Source: Frankiaceae bacterium
Lineage (GTDB): Bacteria; Actinomycetota; Actinomycetes; BP-191
NCBI GenBank assembly: GCA_035556555.1
Contig: DATMES010000062.1
Span: forward strand, 1,426-65,425
DNA: 64,000 nucleotides
Direction: 5' to 3'
Notes under the pieces: model-generated
What the model was told of the DNA's origin: nothing
Databases searched by the model: none
The model's input: only the letters and a program-made list of their open reading frames with translations
Program-made: the position numbers and the translations under genes
Shown here: positions 1 to 9,691 of the stretch, one piece after another
Layout of the letters: every line of letters begins with the position of its first letter
Position numbering within the stretch: position 1 is the first letter of the stretch

Positions 1-3000
1 AGCCGCGTCGTAGGTCATCGTCGTGACCTCGTTGAGCGCGTCCTTCGTGGTGAGCACGCGCCCGGCGGTGTCGTATCCGTAGGTGATGGACACGCCGTCG
101 GGGTCGGTCGTCTTGGCCGGCAGCGCGTCGACGTCGTACGTCGTCACCCAGGCCGCGCCGGCGCCATCCGTCGTCTTGAACGGACGTCCCGAGGCGTCGT
201 ACCCCGTGTTGGAGACCACGCCGTCCGCGTCGGTCGTCTTCTTGAGCCGGCCGGCCAGGTCGTACTCGTACGCCGTGACGCCGCCCTCCGGCGTGGTCGC
301 CGTCGTGAGCTGGTTCACGGTGTCGTACGCCCACTGCCACAGCTCGCCCGCGCGGTCCGTGTGCGTGAGCCGGTTGCCGGCGGCGTCGTAGGTGAACGAC
401 TCCGTGAGGCGGCCGGCGGTGCCGGTGCGGCGCGCGACGACACGGTCGAGGTCGTCGTAGTCGATCTCGGTACGCCGGCCGACCGGGTCGACGACCGCCG
501 TCACGCGACCCGCGAGGTCGGTCTCGTACGTCGTGACGCCGTTGTCCCCGGCGTTCTTCTCGGTGGCGACGTTGCCGTCGTCGTCGTACGTCCTGATCGT
601 CTTGAAGCCGATGCCGTCCTCGTCGGTGAGCAGCCGGCCCGCGTCGTCGAACGTCCGCAGGAAGACACGGCCGATCTCGTCGTCCACGGACTCGAGACGG
701 TCACCGGCGTCGTAGCCGAACGTCGCCGTGTTGCCCAGCGGATTCGTCTCCGTCTCCAGGCGCCCGGCGTCGTCGAACGTCCGCGTGACCACGACCCCGC
801 GCACGGAGTCGGTGACGGTCACCGGCCGGTCCAGCTTGTCGTACGTCGTCGTGACGGTCGCCCCGCGCGGCGCCTTCACCGACTTCAGCCGGCCCTTGGT
901 GTCGTACGTGCGGATCTCCGCGGTCTGCTGTCCGATCTTGCGGGTCAGCATCCGCCCGGACTGGTCGTAGGTCTGGACGGTCGCGACGTTCGTAGCGTCG
1001 GTGACCTTCGCGAGGTTGCCGAGGTTGTCGTAGTCGTACGCCGTCTGGCGCAGGAGCGCGTCGACCGCCGTCTTCACGTCGCCGTCCGCGCTGTACGTGC
1101 GGGTCAGCTTCCCGTTGTTCGACGCGGCGATCTCCTTGACCCGCGACATCTCGTCGTAGTGCAGGGTCGTGACGTTGTCCTCGGCGTCCTTGATCGTCTT
1201 GACGCGGCCGAAGACGTCGTAGGTGAGCGTCGTGGTCCGGCCCATCGCCGCCGTCGCCGTGAGCGGGTTGCGGTCGTCGTCGAAGGTCGTCGTCGTGACC
1301 GCGCCGCGCGGAGTGGATTGCGACCTCACACCGTTCCACGCGGTGTACGTCGTGGTCGCCTCGTGACCGAGCGGGTCGATCACCGAGGTGACACGACCCA
1401 CCGCGTCGGTCGCGAAGGCGGTCTTCAGGTTGCCGACGGCGTACTGCTCGTCGAGGTCACCGTTCGCCTCGTACACCGACCGCTGCGTACGCAGCAGCGG
1501 GTCGGTGACCTTGGTGACCTGGCCGAACCCGTTGTAATCGGCGAGCCACGTCTTGCCCGCCGGGTCGGCGACCGATTCGACGCGGCCCTTGGCGTCGTAG
1601 TGCCGGCTGATCGTGCCGCCGTCGGCGTAGGTCGTGACGAGCGGACGCGCCTTGCTGTCGAACGTCGTCTGGACGACGCGGCCCTCTCCGTCGACCTGCT
1701 CGACGGGATTGCCGTTGTAGTCGAGCCGGGTGGCGGTGACCTCGGGTGCGAGGTTCGCCCCCTCGGCAGGAAGGCCGTTCACGTAGACTGCCGGCACGGA
1801 GCCGACGCCGATCGCGATGTGGTTGGTGCGGCCGCCGACGACGACCTGGCGCATCATCCGCTTGAACTTGTCGTACTCCTGGCGGACGTCCACGCCGTCC
1901 GGCTGGTGCACGATCGTGTACCGCTCGGCCGGGTGGTACTCGATCGTCGCGCGCCCCGCGCCGCCCTGCTCGTACCAGGCGACGCGGCCCTCCGCGTCGT
2001 ACCCGGCCTTGAGCACCTCACGGCCCAGCGGGGTCGTGATCGAGGTGAGCCGGCCGCTGGCGTCATAGCCGTACGTCTCGTTGCCGCCGCCCGCGCGGGC
2101 GACCTGGGTCAGCCGGTCGCCGGTGACGGTGTAGCCGACGTTGCGGCCCGCGGAGTCGCTGACCGAGGACAGGCTGCTCCCGTCGTAGCCGAGCGTGAAC
2201 CGCCTGCCGCTCACGCCGACGACCTCGGTGACCTTGCCGCCGGCGCGCGTCAGCTCGACCTTGTGGTCCGGGTCGCGCAGCGTCTGCCCGGTGAGGACGC
2301 CGGCGGCGTCGAACGAGTACGACGAGCTGTCGCTCGACGTCACCGTCGCGCCGGTCGCGGACGTCGTCATCGACGCGGGTACACCGGGCTCGCCCTGTCC
2401 CGTCGGCTGGAAGCGCATCGACGCGCCGGAGACGAAGTCCACGCTGCGCGTGCCGTTCGGCGACGTCATCATGGACGCGGAGTAGTTGGTGCTCCACCCC
2501 TTGCCCAGAACACCGCTGCCCTTGTCGCTCCGGTACATGCGGCGGACGTTCATGGCCTGGCCCGCGTCGTTGAGCTCGAGGTCGGTGACCTCGTAGCGCA
2601 GCACGCCGTTGGCGGTGTCGACGGGACCCGCGGTCGGGACCGCGGAGTCGGACGACGCGGCGGTGTCCCACGTGGTGATCGGCGCGTCCAGCGCGGGCAG
2701 GATGTCCCACTTGTAGCCGACGATCGGCGCCCAGTTGCCGGGGCAGACCCCGTCGGGGTCGCTGATGACGTAGGGCGGGAAGTAGTTCTCCGGGTTGTCC
2801 TGGATCCAGTGCAGGCAGGTGGACGGCGCGGCGCCGATGCGGCGGCCCCACCAGTTGCCGACCAGAGACGGGTAGGCGTAGTACGAGGTCTGCTGGAACT
2901 CCGCCCAGATGTTGTTGCGCGTGATGAGGATGTCTTCGTCGGACAGGTCGTCGAACGCGTACAGCGGCTCGGCGTAGAAGTCGTTGTACGCGATCCGCAC

Positions 3001-6000
3001 ACCGATCCCGCCGAAGTTGAGGCGCACGGCCAGGTAGTTGGATGAGGCGAACACGTTGCCGATGACATCGGTCTGGACCTCGGGCCGAACCCCGAAGTGG
3101 TTGTTGGTGAAGACGTTGTGCGTGACCGAGGTCCACCCGCCTCCGCCCCCGTACGCGGCGAACGACCCCACACCGCCCCAGTTGTCGTGGAAGCGCGAGT
3201 TCATGACGGCGACCTTGGCGCCGTCGTTCGAGATGACACCGTCGGTGACCGAGGGCGTCGATCCTCCGTGCCCGTAGCGGAACTCCACGTGGTCGAACAC
3301 CGACACCAGCGACGGGTGTGCCTCATGGTGCTCGAACTCGATGCCGTACCAGTCTCCACGGGCGGGCGTTGTCGAGCTGCCGTTCGTGTCGCCGGCGACG
3401 GTGTCGTCGTTGATCGAGGTGAAGACGACGGGCTTGTCCGGCGTGCCCACCGCCACGAGCTGGCCGCCCTCGACGTAGATGTTGCCCTCGTCGAGCTTGA
3501 CCACGGTCCCCGGCAGGATCGTCAGCGTCGCGCCGACCTCGATCCGCAGGTAGTGGACGAGGTACGGCGAGTGTTCGGGCCCCCAGGTCGTGTCGCCCGT
3601 CAGTACCGTCGGCGGCACCGTCGGACCGAGCGGCCCTCGCGGCAGGCCGGTCGCCAGCGCGGCGATCGTCGTCGCCGCCCCATCGGGTGACTCCGGCCCG
3701 GCGCCAACGGTGTTCACGACAGCGACGCTGAAGAGGTAGGCAACGCCGGTGCCGAGGCCGGTCACGACCGTCGCCGTGCTCGTCGACATCGCGGGGTACA
3801 CGGCGAAGACGGTGCCGTCGTCGCGGTGGCGGACCGTGACCTCGTACCGCTCGACGCCGACCGTGGAGGTCGGCGGCTGCCAGGTGACCGTCGCGCTGGA
3901 CCCGTTGGCGGTGACGGTCGGCGCGTCGAGGGCTACCGGCGCGTCGATCGCGGCCTTGGGCTCGAGAACGCCGGCGCCGAAGTGCGTGCTGATCCGCTCG
4001 GCCGAGAGGGCCACACCGTAGACCGAGACGTCGTCGACGGCTGCCGCCCTCGCGGCCGGGTCGCCCGGAACGTAGCCGACCAGCAGCCCGCTCGCCGCGG
4101 TGTCGATGGCAGTGGCGAACGTACCGGCCCCAAGTGAGACACCGTCGAAGTACGCGGTGACGAGACCACCGCCGTACGTCACGGCGGCGTGGTGCCACGC
4201 GCCGTCCGCGACGCTGACCGGAGTAGTAAACGTCAGGTCGTCGCCGTAGGCGGTGACGACGAACGACGTGCCTGTGACGCGGACGCCGAACGCCCGACGG
4301 GTGACGTCGGTGCCCCAGCTCGCGACCGCGCCGTCGCCTTTGACCCACGCCTCCACCGTGCGCGCCGCGGTACCGGTGGGCACGAAACCCGTGGCGTGCG
4401 TCCTCGCCAAGGCGTTTGCGCCTGCCCCGGTCCCGGCGACAGCCGGGTCGGGGTCCCCACCGACCGCGCCAAGAGAACCCAGAACCACGTTCGAGCCATA
4501 GACGGCGTCTCGGCGGTGCGGCGAGGTGTCAGCGGCATCGCCTCCGGAACGCTCACCCAGTCGCAGGTACGCCAGCGGCGCGTCGTCGAGGACCAGGCTC
4601 GCGTACGTCGCCCCGCCGCCTTGGACGGTCTGAGTGGCGACGGCCTGCAGCCCGCATCCGTAGGCGTTGCATCCCTGCACCGCGACGACGTAGTCGCCCG
4701 CCGCCAGACCCGATATACGCGACGTCGTCGTGCCCGGCGCCGTCCTGATGCGCCCGCGCAGCACCCCGTTCGTCGTCGCCTCGACGACGTACCCCGTCAC
4801 TGCCGTAGCGCCGGCCGGCACACCGGCCGTCGTCGCGTCCCAGTCGGCGGTGACGAAGCCGTCGCCCGGCACGATCGTCAGGTTCTGCGGTGGCTGCGGC
4901 GTCGTGATGCCCGACGCCGCGAAGTGCGCGGCGACGCGCGTGGCGGGCAGCGCCGTGTCGTACACCGCGAACTCATCGAAGGCGCCGGTGAACTTGCTGC
5001 AGGCACAGTTCGGCTCGCGCCCGATGGTCAGGTACTCGGAGCTCGCGACGGTGTTGACGCCGCCGGCGATCGTCGCGGACGCGACCTCGTTGCCGTCCAC
5101 GTAGACGACGGTCTTGTTGTCAGGAGCGCCGGAGTACGTGAACGCCAGGTGGTGCCACTGGCCGTCGTTGATGGCCTTCGGAAGCACGTGCTCGACACGA
5201 AGCGGGCCGCCCCATCGCTCGAACGTGACCTTGCTGCCCCCGGTGAGCCAGAGGAACGACCGCTGGTTGCTGACCTCAGTACCCCAGCCGCCGAGGTGCT
5301 GCTCCGTCGTCGCGGTCGTCTTCAGCCACGTCTCGATGGTGCGGGGCGCGTTGCCCACGGGCAGTCCGCCCGCCGCTTTGTACTGGACGCGGCCGCCGTC
5401 CGTCACACTCGTCGCCTTGTCGGGGTCGTCCACCAGAGCGCCGGAGGCGCCCAGCGTGAACGGCGTGGCGTAGGTGCCGTTCCGGGAGTTGCCCGACGCA
5501 TCCTGCGCGGCGGTGCCGCTCGCCTCACCGAGCCGGTAGTAGACCGTCGGAGAGTCCGCGGTGACGGCGATCGGGTACGCGGCCGCGTCCGGGTAGACGG
5601 GCGTCGCGTCAGCGGATCGCCCTGCCGGACCTGAGCCCGCGACGTTAGCCGCGACGACCTCGGCGTAGTACGCCGTGCCGTTCGTGAGGCCCGTGAAGGT
5701 CCGGCTCGTCGCGTCGGCAGCCACGGGTGCCTGCACGACCTGTCCGTCGTCAGAAGACCGTCTGATGGTGACGGTCTGGCCTGTGATCGCGCTGCCGCTA
5801 TTAGCCGCTGCACCCCAGGTGACCGCGAGCGATCTGTTCCCTGGGGCGGCGCCGACGTTCGAGGGTGCGCCTGGCGGTCCGACCGGCATGACCGCGGCCG
5901 AGGTTGCCGCGGGGCCGGGTCCGGCCTCGTTCGCGGCGGTCACCGTGAAGACGTACGACTCGCCGTTCGTCAGACCCGGGATCGTCTTCGCGACCGCACC

Positions 6001-7503
6001 GGCGGACTCCTCGTATGTGGCCACCGGGTCGCCGGCCGCCGTCTTGACCGTCACGGTGTTGCTCCACAACGGGAAGCCGTTGTCAGCCGCGGCGGTCCAG
6101 CTCAGCGCCACGGACCCGTTGCCGGGGGTCCCCACGACGTTGGTCGGCGCGGCGGGGGGCAGGACGGCGGCGTCGGCGTAGTAGCCCTGGATCTCGACGG
6201 AGACCGAGACGTCGCCAAGGTTGTTGTAGACGTCGATCTTGCCGCTCGCGCCGAGCTTGCCGAAGAAGGTGGCGGCGCGGCTCTCCCCGACGCTGTAGAC
6301 GCTCATCGACGTGACGGGACGGGTCTCGCCGTTGGTCCATGCCGTCATGTAGCTGGACGCGGTCGGCGTGCCCACCCCGATCGAGGCGACGACCGCGTCC
6401 ACCGCCGTCGTCGCCGGGACGACGACGTTGCCCGCCGCGTCCTTGGCCCCGCGGATCGGGACGGTCAGGGTCGCGCCGGCGCCGAGACGCGCGGTCGAGC
6501 CGCCGGGCGTGTTCAGCCCGAGAGTCGTCGAGTAGACCCGCGCCGGCGTCAGTGGGACGTAGTACTTCGCCGCGTCCGACGTGGCAGGCAGGTAGTAGCC
6601 CTCCACGTCGAGCTTGATGGGCACCGTGCTGCCGCTGTTGAACACGTTGATCTTGCCGTCGGCACTGAGCTTGACGACCGCGAGCCCGCGTTGGGTGTCG
6701 TTGCCGGCGAGCTGGACGTTCGATCCGGTAGGCCGGATCACGCCGGCCGGCCACACCTGCACGTAGCTCGTCGCAGAGGTCGTGGTCGTGGCGTGGATGT
6801 TGACGGCGACCGCGGCGGCGCCGGCCGGGATGCCCGCGTTGCCGGTGATCTGCACAGCGCGCGTCTCCGCGGCGCTGTACGGCGTCGTCCCGGAGGTTCC
6901 GGTGTTCAAGCCGTCGGGTGTGCTGTAGATCCGGGTCGGAGCCAGTGACACGAAGGTCCCGCCGCCCGTCGTCGTGCTGCTCGACGTGTAGTAGCCCGTG
7001 ACGTCGACGAGGAGCTGCGTCGAACCCGCGCTGTTGTAGACGCTGACCTTGCCGTCCGTGCCGAGCTTCGCGATGACGGTGTTGGCGGCGTGCGCGCCCG
7101 CGTTGAAGTAGACGTGGGAGAGCACTGGGCGTGTGATGCCGTAGGGGTACATCGTGAGGTACCCGTTGGCGGTCGGCGACACCGCGGTCATGACCACGAC
7201 GACCGCGGAGACGCCCGTCGTCGGAACGCCGCCGACGCCGCGTAGGGACACCGCACGGGACTCGGCCGCGAAGAGCGGCGTCGACGTGGTGCGCGTGTCC
7301 AGGATCCGGCTCGGGCTGAGCGGAACGAACTCACCGGCGCCCGGAGTCGTCGCGACCTTGGTGGTACGAGGCCGTTCCACACGAGGCGCCGCCGGTCCGC
7401 CCTGCACCGCGACGATCGACCCCGCCACCAGCGCGGGAACGAGGACGACTGCCGGACCCCTCGTCAGCGACCGGCGCAGGACAACCAGGAAACGCGTGGG
7501 CAT
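1..7503 (-). CDS. Giant secreted Rhs/YD-repeat protein, N-terminal ~2500 aa (partial; 3' end beyond window start). Order: signal peptide; 3x ~95-aa actinobacterial beta-repeats (LDTR...GYLT.YP...VDVTGYY); 2x FN3; LamG-like; FN3-like; LamG-like; FN3; right-handed beta-helix; YD/Rhs repeats from ~2430 down to 1
   Basis: Reverse-strand frame read by eye from ATG at 7503 (cat 7501-7503, G-rich SD upstream). It is continuous with no stop to position 1. The N-terminus MPTRFLVVLRRSLTRGPAVVLVPALVAGSIVAVQG looks like a signal peptide. Motif DGQWHHLAFTYSG and a second ...ADGAWHHAAVTYGG fit LamG/ConA-like domains. NNHFGVRP... runs fit a pectate-lyase-like beta-helix. Dozens of GxxYxYDxxGRL YD repeats follow (e.g. 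TYGYDASGRLTSITTPLGREV). The tool lists only wrong-frame ORFs here because the true ORF has no in-window stop. Confidence 0.85.
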   Translation of the reverse strand, partial: MPTRFLVVLRRSLTRGPAVVLVPALVAGSIVAVQGGPAAPRVERPRTTKVATTPGAGEFVPLSPSRILDTRTTSTPLFAAESRAVSLRGVGGVPTTGVSAVVVVMTAVSPTANGYLTMYPYGITRPVLSHVYFNAGAHAANTVIAKLGTDGKVSVYNSAGSTQLLVDVTGYYTSSSTTTGGGTFVSLAPTRIYSTPDGLNTGTSGTTPYSAAETRAVQITGNAGIPAGAAAVAVNIHATTTTSATSYVQVWPAGVIRPTGSNVQLAGNDTQRGLAVVKLSADGKINVFNSGSTVPIKLDVEGYYLPATSDAAKYYVPLTPARVYSTTLGLNTPGGSTARLGAGATLTVPIRGAKDAAGNVVVPATTAVDAVVASIGVGTPTASSYMTAWTNGETRPVTSMSVYSVGESRAATFFGKLGASGKIDVYNNLGDVSVSVEIQGYYADAAVLPPAAPTNVVGTPGNGSVALSWTAAADNGFPLWSNTVTVKTAAGDPVATYEESAGAVAKTIPGLTNGESYVFTVTAANEAGPGPAATSAAVMPVGPPGAPSNVGAAPGNRSLAVTWGAAANSGSAITGQTVTIRRSSDDGQVVQAPVAADATSRTFTGLTNGTAYYAEVVAANVAGSGPAGRSADATPVYPDAAAYPIAVTADSPTVYYRLGEASGTAAQDASGNSRNGTYATPFTLGASGALVDDPDKATSVTDGGRVQYKAAGGLPVGNAPRTIETWLKTTATTEQHLGGWGTEVSNQRSFLWLTGGSKVTFERWGGPLRVEHVLPKAINDGQWHHLAFTYSGAPDNKTVVYVDGNEVASATIAGGVNTVASSEYLTIGREPNCACSKFTGAFDEFAVYDTALPATRVAAHFAASGITTPQPPQNLTIVPGDGFVTADWDATTAGVPAGATAVTGYVVEATTNGVLRGRIRTAPGTTTSRISGLAAGDYVVAVQGCNAYGCGLQAVATQTVQGGGATYASLVLDDAPLAYLRLGERSGGDAADTSPHRRDAVYGSNVVLGSLGAVGGDPDPAVAGTGAGANALARTHATGFVPTGTAARTVEAWVKGDGAVASWGTDVTRRAFGVRVTGTSFVVTAYGDDLTFTTPVSVADGAWHHAAVTYGGGLVTAYFDGVSLGAGTFATAIDTAASGLLVGYVPGDPAARAAAVDDVSVYGVALSAERISTHFGAGVLEPKAAIDAPVALDAPTVTANGSSATVTWQPPTSTVGVERYEVTVRHRDDGTVFAVYPAMSTSTATVVTGLGTGVAYLFSVAVVNTVGAGPESPDGAATTIAALATGLPRGPLGPTVPPTVLTGDTTWGPEHSPYLVHYLRIEVGATLTILPGTVVKLDEGNIYVEGGQLVAVGTPDKPVVFTSINDDTVAGDTNGSSTTPARGDWYGIEFEHHEAHPSLVSVFDHVEFRYGHGGSTPSVTDGVISNDGAKVAVMNSRFHDNWGGVGSFAAYGGGGGWTSVTHNVFTNNHFGVRPEVQTDVIGNVFASSNYLAVRLNFGGIGVRIAYNDFYAEPLYAFDDLSDEDILITRNNIWAEFQQTSYYAYPSLVGNWWGRRIGAAPSTCLHWIQDNPENYFPPYVISDPDGVCPGNWAPIVGYKWDILPALDAPITTWDTAASSDSAVPTAGPVDTANGVLRYEVTDLELNDAGQAMNVRRMYRSDKGSGVLGKGWSTNYSASMMTSPNGTRSVDFVSGASMRFQPTGQGEPGVPASMTTSATGATVTSSDSSSYSFDAAGVLTGQTLRDPDHKVELTRAGGKVTEVVGVSGRRFTLGYDGSSLSSVSDSAGRNVGYTVTGDRLTQVARAGGGNETYGYDASGRLTSITTPLGREVLKAGYDAEGRVAWYEQGGAGRATIEYHPAERYTIVHQPDGVDVRQEYDKFKRMMRQVVVGGRTNHIAIGVGSVPAVYVNGLPAEGANLAPEVTATRLDYNGNPVEQVDGEGRVVQTTFDSKARPLVTTYADGGTISRHYDAKGRVESVADPAGKTWLADYNGFGQVTKVTDPLLRTQRSVYEANGDLDEQYAVGNLKTAFATDAVGRVTSVIDPLGHEATTTYTAWNGVRSQSTPRGAVTTTTFDDDRNPLTATAAMGRTTTLTYDVFGRVKTIKDAEDNVTTLHYDEMSRVKEIAASNNGKLTRTYSADGDVKTAVDALLRQTAYDYDNLGNLAKVTDATNVATVQTYDQSGRMLTRKIGQQTAEIRTYDTKGRLKSVKAPRGATVTTTYDKLDRPVTVTDSVRGVVVTRTFDDAGRLETETNPLGNTATFGYDAGDRLESVDDEIGRVFLRTFDDAGRLLTDEDGIGFKTIRTYDDDGNVATEKNAGDNGVTTYETDLAGRVTAVVDPVGRRTEIDYDDLDRVVARRTGTAGRLTESFTYDAAGNRLTHTDRAGELWQWAYDTVNQLTTATTPEGGVTAYEYDLAGRLKKTTDADGVVSNTGYDASGRPFKTTDGAGAAWVTTYDVDALPAKTTDPDGVSITYGYDTAGRVLTTKDALNEVTTMTYDAA

Positions 7504-7783
7504 CGGACCCCCCGTTGGCCGAGCGCGCTGGGCGTTGCGCGACTCGAGACTGAGCCGCGGCAGGTGGCCTGCGGCATGCACAGCCAACGCTGCGAAGGCC
7601 GCCTTCGCTGCCGAACCTGGCCAAGACCGTCAGAAGGGACTACTGGCCAAGAACCTAGGTCGCGCTGGCAGCCCACTTCCTATGGCCCCTGGACCCGGGT
7701 ACTTCCCTTTCGCGGCTACTGGCGAGTAACTTGCGAACCTTCGACCGGATCACCCCTACTCGTCCGATTCGAAGGAGACCGCC

Positions 7784-9517
7784 GTGAGGCGTCTGCTTGC
7801 CTACTTGCTCCTCGCCGCTTCCACGGCGGTACCCATCACCGCGCAGGCCCACGAGGCCTCGTACCCCATCGTCCTGATACCCGGCTGGCACGGCAACGGC
7901 GCGGGCTTCAACGAGATGATCCCCAAGCTGCAGGCGCAGGGCTTCACGGTCCTCGACTTCGACGCGGCAACGGCCGGCGTGCAGGCCATGAGCTACGCCC
8001 CGACCGCGGCCGGCCAGCACATCCCGTACGTCGCGGGCAAGGTCGTCGAGGAGAAGATCAAGACGGCGCTGACCGCCAACGGCTACAACGCCGCCACGCA
8101 GAAGATCGACATCGTCGCCCACTCGATGGGTGGCCTCGTGTCGCGCTTCCTCATCGAAAAGCCGGGCGCCGACGTCGACTACTGGTCTACGACGACCGGC
8201 TGGTACGGCGACGGCATCGCCGACGTCGACGCCGGCTGGGCGTCACGCGTGGACGACCTCGTCATGCTCGGCACGCCCAACCACGGCACGTGGCAGGGCT
8301 GGGTGCCAGGCACGATCGGCGGCTTCGGCAACTGGAACGCCACCGGCGGCGACATGGCGCCGAGCTCGCGCTTCCTCACGAACATGGGCTACGCCGAGAA
8401 GGCCGGCGAGTACTACACGGCCATCGGCGGCGACCCGTCGTACCTCCAGTGGCTCCAGTTCGACTACACCGGCGACGGCATCGACCACGGCTTCGACGGC
8501 GTCGTGCCGGCCGAGTCGCCGTACGTCACCGGCGCCGACTTCTCGCTCTCGCCCGTCCACCACGGCGAGCTGCTGACGGCCGACCACGCGCTCGACCTCG
8601 TCATCTCCTCGCTCGACTACACGTCGGCGCAGACCGGCACCGGCGCCGCCAACCTCGCCGGCACCGCGACGCTGCGGCTCGAGTACGCGTCGATCGTCCA
8701 GGACCACGACGGCGGCACGACGGACGAGTTCCGCTTCGACGTCTACGTCGACACCAACGGCAACAACGACAACTACACGTACGTCTCCACGATCGCGCAC
8801 GACCAGGACGGCCCGTTCACCCGCAACTGGGGCAACACCGGCCCGCTCTCCGGCGGCATCAACCTGCCCGGTACGAGCCCGCGGATGGACGTGAAGCTCG
8901 TCGTCTGGGAGTCCGACTCCGGCGGCGCGCGCGAGTCCGTCTCGACGGTCTACTTCACCGACCTCATGCTGTCGGACGACCTCGACGGCCAGGACTACTA
9001 CTCGAAGACCGCGCCCGACGCGAAGGGCGGCACCAACACGTTCCGCCTCTCGCTCAACGGCGCCACCAGCGACGTCAGCGACACGCGGCTCGTGACGCTC
9101 GGCTTCGACAAGGCGTACATCGAGGACATCCTCGAGCCGTGGGGCCAGACCAACGCGGAGGCCGAGTTCACGCTGACTGCGGGCCGCGACGGCTACGCCG
9201 GCACGGTCTACCGCGGCTCGCCGGAGACGTCGTCGTACAGCCGCGCGGCGGGCTCGTACGCCGACATCGGCGTCCACGCGATGGACAACGGCTCGGTGCA
9301 GAGCGAGGTCATCTTCAAGGGCCGGATGCTCAACTCGTCGACGTGGCGCTTCGACGCGGAGTACTTCGACGACGACGGCGGCTGGTCGTCACGCGACTCC
9401 GGCGGCAAGTACGTGAGCTCCGGCTCCGTGGGCTCGCTCGCCGCGGGTCGCGTCAACCGCTCGGGCACCGCGCTCGGCGCGTGGAACCTCTACTGGTACA
9501 CCATCGTGGAAGGCTAG
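7784..9517 (+). CDS. Secreted lipase: N-terminal class-2 (Bacillus LipA-like) alpha/beta-hydrolase domain plus ~350-aa C-terminal beta-rich extension
   Basis: Signal peptide MRRLLAYLLLAASTAVPITAQA. Conserved PIVLIPGWHGN...IDIVAHSMGG nucleophile elbow (GxSxG), very similar to B. subtilis LipA VDIVAHSMGG. RBS GAAGGAGA before ATG. Confidence 0.75.
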   Translation: MRRLLAYLLLAASTAVPITAQAHEASYPIVLIPGWHGNGAGFNEMIPKLQAQGFTVLDFDAATAGVQAMSYAPTAAGQHIPYVAGKVVEEKIKTALTANGYNAATQKIDIVAHSMGGLVSRFLIEKPGADVDYWSTTTGWYGDGIADVDAGWASRVDDLVMLGTPNHGTWQGWVPGTIGGFGNWNATGGDMAPSSRFLTNMGYAEKAGEYYTAIGGDPSYLQWLQFDYTGDGIDHGFDGVVPAESPYVTGADFSLSPVHHGELLTADHALDLVISSLDYTSAQTGTGAANLAGTATLRLEYASIVQDHDGGTTDEFRFDVYVDTNGNNDNYTYVSTIAHDQDGPFTRNWGNTGPLSGGINLPGTSPRMDVKLVVWESDSGGARESVSTVYFTDLMLSDDLDGQDYYSKTAPDAKGGTNTFRLSLNGATSDVSDTRLVTLGFDKAYIEDILEPWGQTNAEAEFTLTAGRDGYAGTVYRGSPETSSYSRAAGSYADIGVHAMDNGSVQSEVIFKGRMLNSSTWRFDAEYFDDDGGWSSRDSGGKYVSSGSVGSLAAGRVNRSGTALGAWNLYWYTIVEG

Positions 9518-9526
9518 GAGACCCTC

Positions 9527-9673
9527 ATGAGGCTCGTGCTCAAGAAGGACACGCTGGTCGAGCTCACCACCGACGAGCTGACCATGGTCAACGGCGCCGC
9601 CCCCGCGCCGTGGACACCGTGGTGCCCGCTGATCCTCCAGCTGACCGAGCGGTTCAGCGAGCTCGCCTGCTGA
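9527..9673 (+). CDS. 48-aa small ORF MRLVLKKDTLVELTTDELTMVNGA|APAPWTPWCPLILQLTERFSELAC; candidate double-glycine-leader peptide (bacteriocin/RiPP precursor-like)
   Basis: ATG at 9527 follows GGAG (9517-9520) with ~6 nt spacing, 10 nt after the lipase stop. Not in the ORF track (<60 aa). The leader fits L-(S/T)-x-x-E-L-x-x-(I/V)-x-G-(G/A) exactly. Core has 2 Cys, 2 Trp and Thr/Ser. Confidence 0.3.
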   Translation: MRLVLKKDTLVELTTDELTMVNGAAPAPWTPWCPLILQLTERFSELAC

Positions 9674-9691
9674 CCCGGACGGCGCGTTACG

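Noticed and set aside
361-3045. Tool ORF of 894 aa (+) and other long ORFs in 1-7500 (e.g. 2063..3136 -, 3323..4348 -, 4189..5634 +)
   Set aside because: Arg/Gly/Val/Asp-rich translations typical of wrong-frame reading of high-GC DNA. The only frame with coding periodicity and recognisable domains is the single minus-strand Rhs frame from 7503 to 1.
7504-7783. 17-bp palindrome GCGAAGGCCGCCTTCGC (~7590-7606) and TGGCCAAGA direct repeats in the Rhs/lipase divergent region
   Set aside because: Short GC-rich palindromes of this size are expected by chance at this GC content. No second copy or half-site array was seen, so it is not reported as a feature.
9527-9673. Lasso-peptide precursor interpretation of the 48-aa ORF
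   Set aside because: No Thr at -2 followed by Gly1 with a ring-closing Asp/Glu at core position 7-9. No B/C/D maturation genes nearby. The double-glycine leader reading fits better.
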